The notes below the pieces were generated by a model, which saw nothing but the letters and a program-made list of their open reading frames with translations, did not search any database and was not told where the DNA came from. The translations under genes and the position numbers were made by a program. From the NCBI GenBank assembly GCA_964234715.1, contig OZ174280.1: a stretch of DNA of 64,000 nucleotides; one strand, written 5' to 3'. This DNA comes from Podarcis melisellensis. Taxonomy: Eukaryota. Position 1 is the first letter of the stretch. The number at the start of each line of letters is the position of its first letter. Below, piece by piece: positions 33,699 to 64,000 of this stretch.

Positions 33699-33815
33699 TA
33701 GCCCCACCGAAGCGGGGCCTCAAAAAATTAGTTGAAAACTCATAACTGTTCCTCTCCACGGAAATCTTTAGTAAAAGGCGAAAGATTTATACGATCTGAA
33801 GAGAAACCAGAGTAT
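33699..33815 (-). ncRNA. RNU5: U5 spliceosomal snRNA (117 nt), apparently a functional gene
   Basis: Minus strand reads ATACTCTGGTTTCTCTTCAGATCGTATAAATCTTTCGCCTTTTACTAAAGATTTCCGTGGAGAGGAACAGTTATGAGTTTTCAACTAATTTTTTGAGGCCCCGCTTCGGTGGGGCTA. It has the invariant loop I GCCUUUUAC, Sm site AAUUUUUUGA and a 3' stem-loop. It is flanked by PSE, DSE and 3' box, with no poly(A) tail or TSD of a retrocopy. Confidence 0.97.
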
Positions 33816-33849
33816 AAACTTAAATACCGTGGTAGATTTGCTGGAGTAA

Positions 33850-33870
33850 CCACGCCTGCTTCTTAGGTGA
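33850..33870 (-). promoter_or_regulatory. snRNA proximal sequence element (PSE)
   Basis: TCACCTAAGAAGCAGGCGTGG starting 55 nt upstream of U5 +1, at the canonical position with a TCACC core. Confidence 0.7.
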
Positions 33871-34040
33871 TAGCAACTCCTTTAAACCAAGAGTTAAAGT
33901 CTTGCTTTTCAACAGTGAGTTATATTCCGGAATTTCTACTTGCTTTTAGAACTGGCACATGTAATATTTCACAACAGAAATAAACAGAAAATACAGATAA
34001 AAACAATTAATTCAGCGCACTGCATTATGGTTGTGACTAA

Positions 34041-34086
34041 ATGCAAAATAAGCTCACAAACTTTTCCGGCTTTACGCCCCGCCCAC
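34041..34086. promoter_or_regulatory. snRNA distal sequence element (octamer-like plus Sp1 box)
   Basis: ATGCAAAA (one mismatch to ATGCAAAT) at about -230 and CCCCGCCCA at about -265 relative to U5 +1. Confidence 0.55.
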
Positions 34087-34444
34087 ACCCAAGCCGTCAG
34101 GAGCGGCTGGATGCCCATATCTGTCAGCGGATTGCTGCTACAGACTTGTTGGGTCTTGTTCATAATGGTGGTTCAATTTTCTACATACAGTACTTGGAAA
34201 AATGATACTGCTGGATAATTACGTAGTGAGCAATGTAACTAACACGCAGGAAGTAGCAAGGCCCCATAAAAATCTACACTTGGCTATGAACAACACACTA
34301 ATGATTAGTTTCTTTTCAATCTATCATCTCCAAGGAAGAAAAAAATGCCCTTTTTCAAAAAGAGGATTTCATACTAAAAATATATTTGCCAACAAATTTT
34401 CTTTTCAAATTCTAGTCTCAAACTCAGCAATAACAAAGTTGCCA

Positions 34445-34697
34445 ACCCGAACCAATGGATTGAAGTTACATGAATGCAGATTCTGACTAAACATAAAGAA
34501 GCACTTTGACAGTAAGAGCTGTTTGACAGTGGAACAGACTCCCTGAGAAGGTTGTGCACTGTCCTTCACTGGAGGTTTTTAGCACTGGCTGGCCACCTGT
34601 CATGGATGCTTTAGTTGAGATTCCTGCATTGCAGGGGGTTGGACTAGATAGCCCTTGGGGGTCCTTTCCAATTCTACAATTTCTATGATTCTATGAT
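34445..34697 (+). mobile_element. CR1 LINE 3' end
   Basis: ACAGTAAGAGCTGTTTGACAGTGGAAC...GGGGGTTGGACTAGAT...TTCCAA with an (ATTCTATG)n tail. Confidence 0.8.
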
Positions 34698-34774
34698 ACC
34701 AGTACTTGGTGTCTGTTTCTGCACTTTCTTTTAGGGTTATCACACTCCCCATAAATACATTTTCCCTGTGCTGG

Positions 34775-35090
34775 TGGCCATCAATGCATCCTGTGGGAGC
34801 AAGTTCCTTAGTTTAAATATGTGCTGCATATTTAAACTACTTTTATCTGTTCCAAATCTTCCAACATTCAGCTTCACTGGATGTCCTTGAGTTCTAGCAT
34901 TATGAGAGAGGAAGAAAATCTTTATCCTTTTTCTCCATACCATGCATAATTTTATAATCTTTTATTATGTCACCACTTACTCACCTTTTCTTTAAACTAA
35001 GAAGTCCCAAATGCTGTGCCACCTTTCTTCCCAGGTGAGTTGCTCCATCCCATTTATCATTTAGGTTGCCCCTTTCTGAACCTTTTCCAA
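34775..35090 (-). mobile_element. Decayed CR1 LINE fragment
   Basis: Minus strand encodes CR1 ORF2 C-terminal remnants (LEKVQKGAT, RTQGHPVKL, LRNLLPQD). Boundaries approximate. Confidence 0.65.
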
Positions 35091-35576
35091 GTCAAAGGCA
35101 CACAGATGTGTGCGTGGAAACAGACCCATGTATGCACGAATGCCGGAGTGTAGGGACAGCCTTTATTGCCCTGCATATAAACAACAGAAGAAGAAGAATG
35201 GAATTGCTTTAAGAACATACACTCTCCTTAACTGTCCCTCCCCTCTAGTGACTGATGCAGGGAGGTGGCTGACACCCCAACCAGGTATTATAGACTCAGC
35301 TCCTTCTTGGATTCTCAGATTGCACTTAGAGTTTCCCAGTAACAGCTCTTACTGATTTGGTTAATATTATGTATTGCATTTACTTTAGGCCTTTTTATTA
35401 TTACACCTTTTCATGTCATAAACTTTTTTCCACTTTGTACATATGGTTAGGAATGGACCATATGTACATAAACATTTTTATTGAAGTGCTTGTGGATTAG
35501 GCTTGCAGTAGCACACAATCCAGGCCAGATATTACAGAGTGCTATCACAGAAAGGGCCCTGTCAGAAATATAAAAA

Positions 35577-35820
35577 GCAAATAGAGACCAGGTGCACACA
35601 CAGATCTCCTCTCCTTAACAGATCTTAGGTAACAGCAAACATAAACAGTAGCTACTGCCATGGTGATTATTCCAATCACTCTGGGCTACTTTGCTGCATC
35701 AGTTTGGCTGGCTAGCACCACCTGCCAGTTACCAGCATAGCAACTATAGAAACTCCATATGCTGTTGTAGTCCTTTCCTGCAAGGAAGAACAAGTGCCCA
35801 GTGCCTTCCAAATAAACACC
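35577..35820 (+). promoter_or_regulatory. Candidate CCDC17 promoter with forkhead and RFX X-box-like motifs
   Basis: GCAAACA 35635-35641, ATAAACA 35641-35647 and 35812-35818. X-box-like CTTAGGTAAC 35624-35633, ACTGCCATGGTGAT 35654-35667 and CATAGCAAC 35736-35744. All lie within 250 nt of the ATG; TSS unknown. Confidence 0.4.
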
Positions 35821-35854
35821 ACCCTTTGTGGAACAGCAGCAGCAGTCACTCCTC

Positions 35855-60179
<24,325 letters not shown>

Positions 60180-60593
60180 AGAGAAGGAACAAGACATCTT
60201 AGGCTACATACTAGCTTACTCTACTGGCAATCATTGCAAGACTTTAAGTTTATGAAGAATGTCCATCCTGTAGCCTAATACCTCAAGTGGCCATCTGTGT
60301 TTTATTAGTGGTTATGGTAAAGTATATTAATGTGGCTGACATCTTGGCAGTGAATGAGGGATAATCACCTGCTTGAAGCAGCCATGCTATTTTGCTTTTT
60401 TTAAAAAACCCCAGGTGTCACTTCCTTACTTGGAAACTGCACAAACATTGGCTGCTGTGCACCTAAACCTGCATCAGTTCTCCGGACTGAGTATTTTCCA
60501 TATCTTTATACCATTCCTAAGTAGTGGTTTAATTCTAGCACCCATGAGCCTCTCACCCTTATATCATCTCTCCCCAACAGAATCCTACTTTAA

Positions 60594-60778
60594 CCTGACA
60601 GTAAGAGCTGTTCGACAGTGGAATTTACTGCCAAGGAGTGTGGTGGTGTCTCATTCTTTGGAGGTCTTTAAGCAGAGGCTCGACAACCATATGTCAGGAG
60701 TGCTCTGATGGTGTTTCCTGCTTGGCAGGGGGTTGGACTCGATGGCCCTTGTGGTCTCTTCCAACTCTATGATTCTAT
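60594..60778 (+). mobile_element. CR1 LINE 3' end
   Basis: Encodes LTVRAVRQWNLLPRSVV...LEVFKQRLDNHMSGVL*, then GGGGGTTGGACTCGATG...CTCTATGATTCTAT tail. Confidence 0.85.
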
Positions 60779-61027
60779 AACCTAGGCTCTTCTTCCAGCT
60801 GAGTTAATGTAATGTGTCTGACACACAAATGAGACATTTTGCACCAAACACAAGCCTGATTCAATTTTTTAGATTGTCAAAGCAGATCTATTTTAAGTTC
60901 CACCCTTGTCTTCCCTATTTGCAGCTACTCTAGCCTGCACTCTGCTTGACTCCCACAAAATTTGCTAGGAGGCTCATCCTCTCAAAACTATTTCCAGTCT
61001 GACACAGTAGACATAAATGGTTTAGTG

Positions 61028-61100
61028 CAGGGGTCAGCAAACTTTTTCAGCAGGGGGCCAGTTCACTGTTCCTCAGACCTTGTGGGGGGCTGGACTATAC
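61028..61100. mobile_element. hAT (Charlie-like) MITE end fragment
   Basis: CAGGGGTCAGCAAACTTTTTCAGCAGGGGGCC terminal sequence; the opposite end is not found. Confidence 0.45.
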
Positions 61101-61320
61101 TTTTCTAACCACCAAAAAATGCTACTTTGCTTCCTAAACCCTTACAAACCAGACATTTACAAGTCAGTGCATCAACTGAAAGCCAGCCCGGCACTGCTGT
61201 TGTAGAACTGGCTAGGAGGCAGATGCAACCATCTTTAGGTCTGCTGATGGAGACAATAGGTATTTATGCATGAATATGGCTGAATTTTATCAAAAGGCAG
61301 TGTTAAATGTTTGAGTAATC

Positions 61321-61326
61321 TTTATT
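61321..61326 (-). terminator. Poly(A) signal of NASP
   Basis: AATAAA on the minus strand about 87 nt after the NASP stop, preceded by TTTTGTATT. Confidence 0.75.
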
Positions 61327-61412
61327 GAATACAAAAGTTGCCAAAAGTGAAAAAATACATTATATACAAAACCCACTGGCCTTGGGAGGGAGTGTCCAAT
61401 ATTAAAACTATA

Positions 61413-62057
61413 TCATACAGCACTTTGAACTGTTTCAACTTGTGGCCTTTCCTCTGCCTGTAAAAAAAAAAGAAAAAAGTAATTTAGGACATGCATTTGT
61501 TTTATCTGACCAGTTAAATACAGCTCTTGAAAGCATTCAACACACTTATGTACAATTGATTACTTAAATGTAGCATGGCTGTCTGCTGCCTCTTGACAGA
61601 AGCCATTAACCAAATTACGCTTAGATAATCTGTCTTAAATCTCTTTCTCTACTTCTGATAATGTAAAGAATTAGGACTCCTACATAAATAGTACTTTAAG
61701 CAAAGTTGCTATTTCAAAGCATCCAAGAGATACATACTGCATTCTGCAAGTATACAGAACTAGTCTAGCAGGTTTAGTTTAGACAGATTCCAACATGCAT
61801 TTTGACACAAGCAAATTTCCAACTTTAAGTGGTCTGGGAGAGAAGACCAACAAGCAATTAAAGGCAAGCAGGAAAGATGAGCCTGGGAAATGGAAAATAT
61901 ACAGAAGACTCCTGACTCAACAGCCCACCTCCTCTTCCTTTTTCTCTGCAACCACATTTCCACTGGGGGTAGCATCACCACCACCATTGACAGCCGGTTC
62001 TGGTTTAGATTTCTTAGCTTCATTATCTCCCTGTTGAGTTTCTTCCTCGGGTTTCCT
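61413..62057 (-). CDS. NASP: Nuclear autoantigenic sperm protein (histone chaperone), last two coding exons
   Basis: Exons 61929-62057 and 61413-61457 give RKPEEETQQGDNEAKKSKPEPAVNGGGDATPSGNVVAEKKEEE-AEERPQVETVQSAV*. This matches the recalled human NASP tail ([44 protein letters not shown]). The rest of the gene lies beyond the window. Confidence 0.92.
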
Positions 62058-62329
62058 CTGAAGACAAAATTGTTTAGTCTTCACCAAGTACAATTTCAAA
62101 AGTAAAGTATTAATAAAGAATATCTAGTGCTATTATGCATTTACTATTAATAAGCTGCCAACTGAACTGTGCTTTAAAACTGTTCTGGGCTACAGCAAAG
62201 GTTACAAGGTGCATATTGCTGCTTCAGCTACTGGAAAGTTGTCCTCCAATACTGAAAGCAATCTAGTTCTGGGTTACCTAACAGTCTACACATAGCTCTC
62301 AAAATCAGAAGGCAGACTGTAGAAGAAAG

Positions 62330-63000
62330 AGATCAAATATATGGAGAGATTTTGGTAAGAGGGTATCTTTATTTTTGCCATTCTGTTAACATTGTATCTT
62401 TTCTCCTTTCCAATTAGATGCTATCAATAGACGGGCAGCCACTGTTGCATATAAAAAGATTTCTCTTATATTTTTCGGAATATCTCTACCCAAGATTCCT
62501 AACAGAAAGGCTTCTGGTTTCTTTAAAAATGTTAATTTGAATGTTTTTTCATCTCATCATAAATATTCCAAAAATATTTCTGCATGTCCACCACGTATGA
62601 TAAAAATCTCCCATTTTTTCTCCACATTTCCAACATTTATTCAAACTATTTTTATACATTTGAGATTTTTGATGGTGTAAGGTACCACCAAAACTGCATT
62701 TTCATCATATTTTCTTTGATGGTGTGACATGCAGTAAAGTTCATGTTAATTTTCCAGAGTGATCCCCATTCTCTCATCATAATGGGACATCCGATATCCT
62801 GCGCCCATCTAATCATGACCACCTTCACCTTCTCGACTTCCCAGTCAAGTACATCCTTGTGATAATGTTGGTGACATTATTTAACAACACTATTTCAAAT
62901 TTAGAGGGCTCATTGGCAAATTCACTTTATTTGTCCTGTCTGAATGTCTCAAAAAGTTGATGATACACAGACTATGTGGAAATTGCTCAATTAACAAATA
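62330..63000 (-). mobile_element. Highly decayed L1-clade ORF2 C-terminal fragment in a NASP intron
   Basis: Minus-strand remnants VKVVMIRWAQDIGCPI, LWKINMNFTAC, WWYLTPSK, GRFLSYVVDM. Boundaries approximate. Confidence 0.5.
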
Positions 63001-63889
63001 GGTTAAGAGGTAACACCAAACAATGATTTTCTCAAAAATGGGAAATGTTTAAGAGATACTTACAAAAAAATAACAGTGACATATCTATGGTAGTATTTGA
63101 ATGACCCTTGTGTACATAAAATATTAAGACATAAAGGAAAATTGGTATGCTAGGTTGTAATAAAGTATTAAAAAATATTGTATTAATTGTAAGGTAATAA
63201 TTATAAGTACATTCAATATCACAAATGTTAACTATATTGGGAAATCTATATTTATTTTACTTTAATTTGTTGTTGTTTTACTTTATTTTATGTACCATTA
63301 TATGATTTTAGCTTAGCTGATACCTAAGTGGAATTAGGTTAAATTAATATTCTAAGTTAAACAAATTTAAGAATATGTATATATTGTATGTATGTGTATG
63401 TGTGAAGTTAAATTTGTAATGACATTAATGAATTTCAATAAAGATTTTTTTCATCAAAAAAAAGGGGGGTATCTTAAGATACAAATAGTTTGCTTGTTTT
63501 AGACTGTCTTTGCTATTTTAACCAATTCTCCTTTCCATTTGAAATATGGGAACCCAGCTCAGCCTGGCTGTGACATTCAGTTTATATGGATTTCGTGCTA
63601 CCTGTAAACTCTGAACCTCTACCCTGGACAATTTTGCAGGTCCCCAACACATCTAAATTCTCAAGTGCCTGCAGGACCCACACAATTAAGCTTTGAAATT
63701 AAACCAGGGTGAGTCAAATGAGCACAGCACAGCACAAAACCATCAAAAGGTACCAAGTGCGCTAGATGGTTCTCAGGCTGATTGGCTTCCAGTAGAGAAG
63801 ATATTATGCAGGATTTCTAAAATTTGTAGAAGCAGAATGATCGAAGCTTTTAAGTGATGGCTTCGACATAGGCAAACTTGACATAGTCA

Positions 63890-64000
63890 GACATAGGCAA
63901 ACTTGGCCCTCCAGATGTTTTGGGACTACAACTCCCATCTTCCCTGACCACTGTTCCTGTTAGCTAGGGATGGTGGGAGCTGTAGTCCCAAAACATCTGG
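63890..64000. mobile_element. Palindromic hAT-type MITE, runs off the window end
   Basis: CCAGATGTTTTGGGACTACAACTCCCATC...GATGGTGGGAGCTGTAGTCCCAAAACATCTGG hairpin, same core as 41408-41543. Confidence 0.75.

Overview
Vertebrate genomic DNA, very probably a squamate and most likely a lacertid lizard (inferred from a full-length Sauria/Squam1 SINE plus Bov-B, L2 and CR1 fragments). Gene order: 3' end of ARMH1 (+, last 5 coding exons, 321-6003), then complete KIF2C/MCAK (-, 21 coding exons, 32771-11544, 720 aa), then an intact U5 snRNA gene with PSE, DSE and 3' box (-, 33815-33699), then CCDC17 (+, from 35855), and finally the last two coding exons of NASP (-). Exon models were built by hand from splice signals, frame continuity and recalled human protein sequences; none is transcript-verified. 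Main observation: CCDC17 does not stop where the mammalian protein stops. Its 14th exon ends in a site that is at once a poly(A) signal, a splice donor and an in-frame stop. It is followed by 17 more phase-compatible exons adding about 760 aa with three more C2-like repeats. The predicted long form is about 1454 aa (zinc finger, coiled coil, Pro-rich segment, four C2-like units), resembling ciliary transition-zone scaffolds. The locus also holds a frameshifted partial exon duplicate, a long intronic inverted repeat interrupted by a hAT MITE, a GC-AG intron in ARMH1, and a gene order that differs from human.
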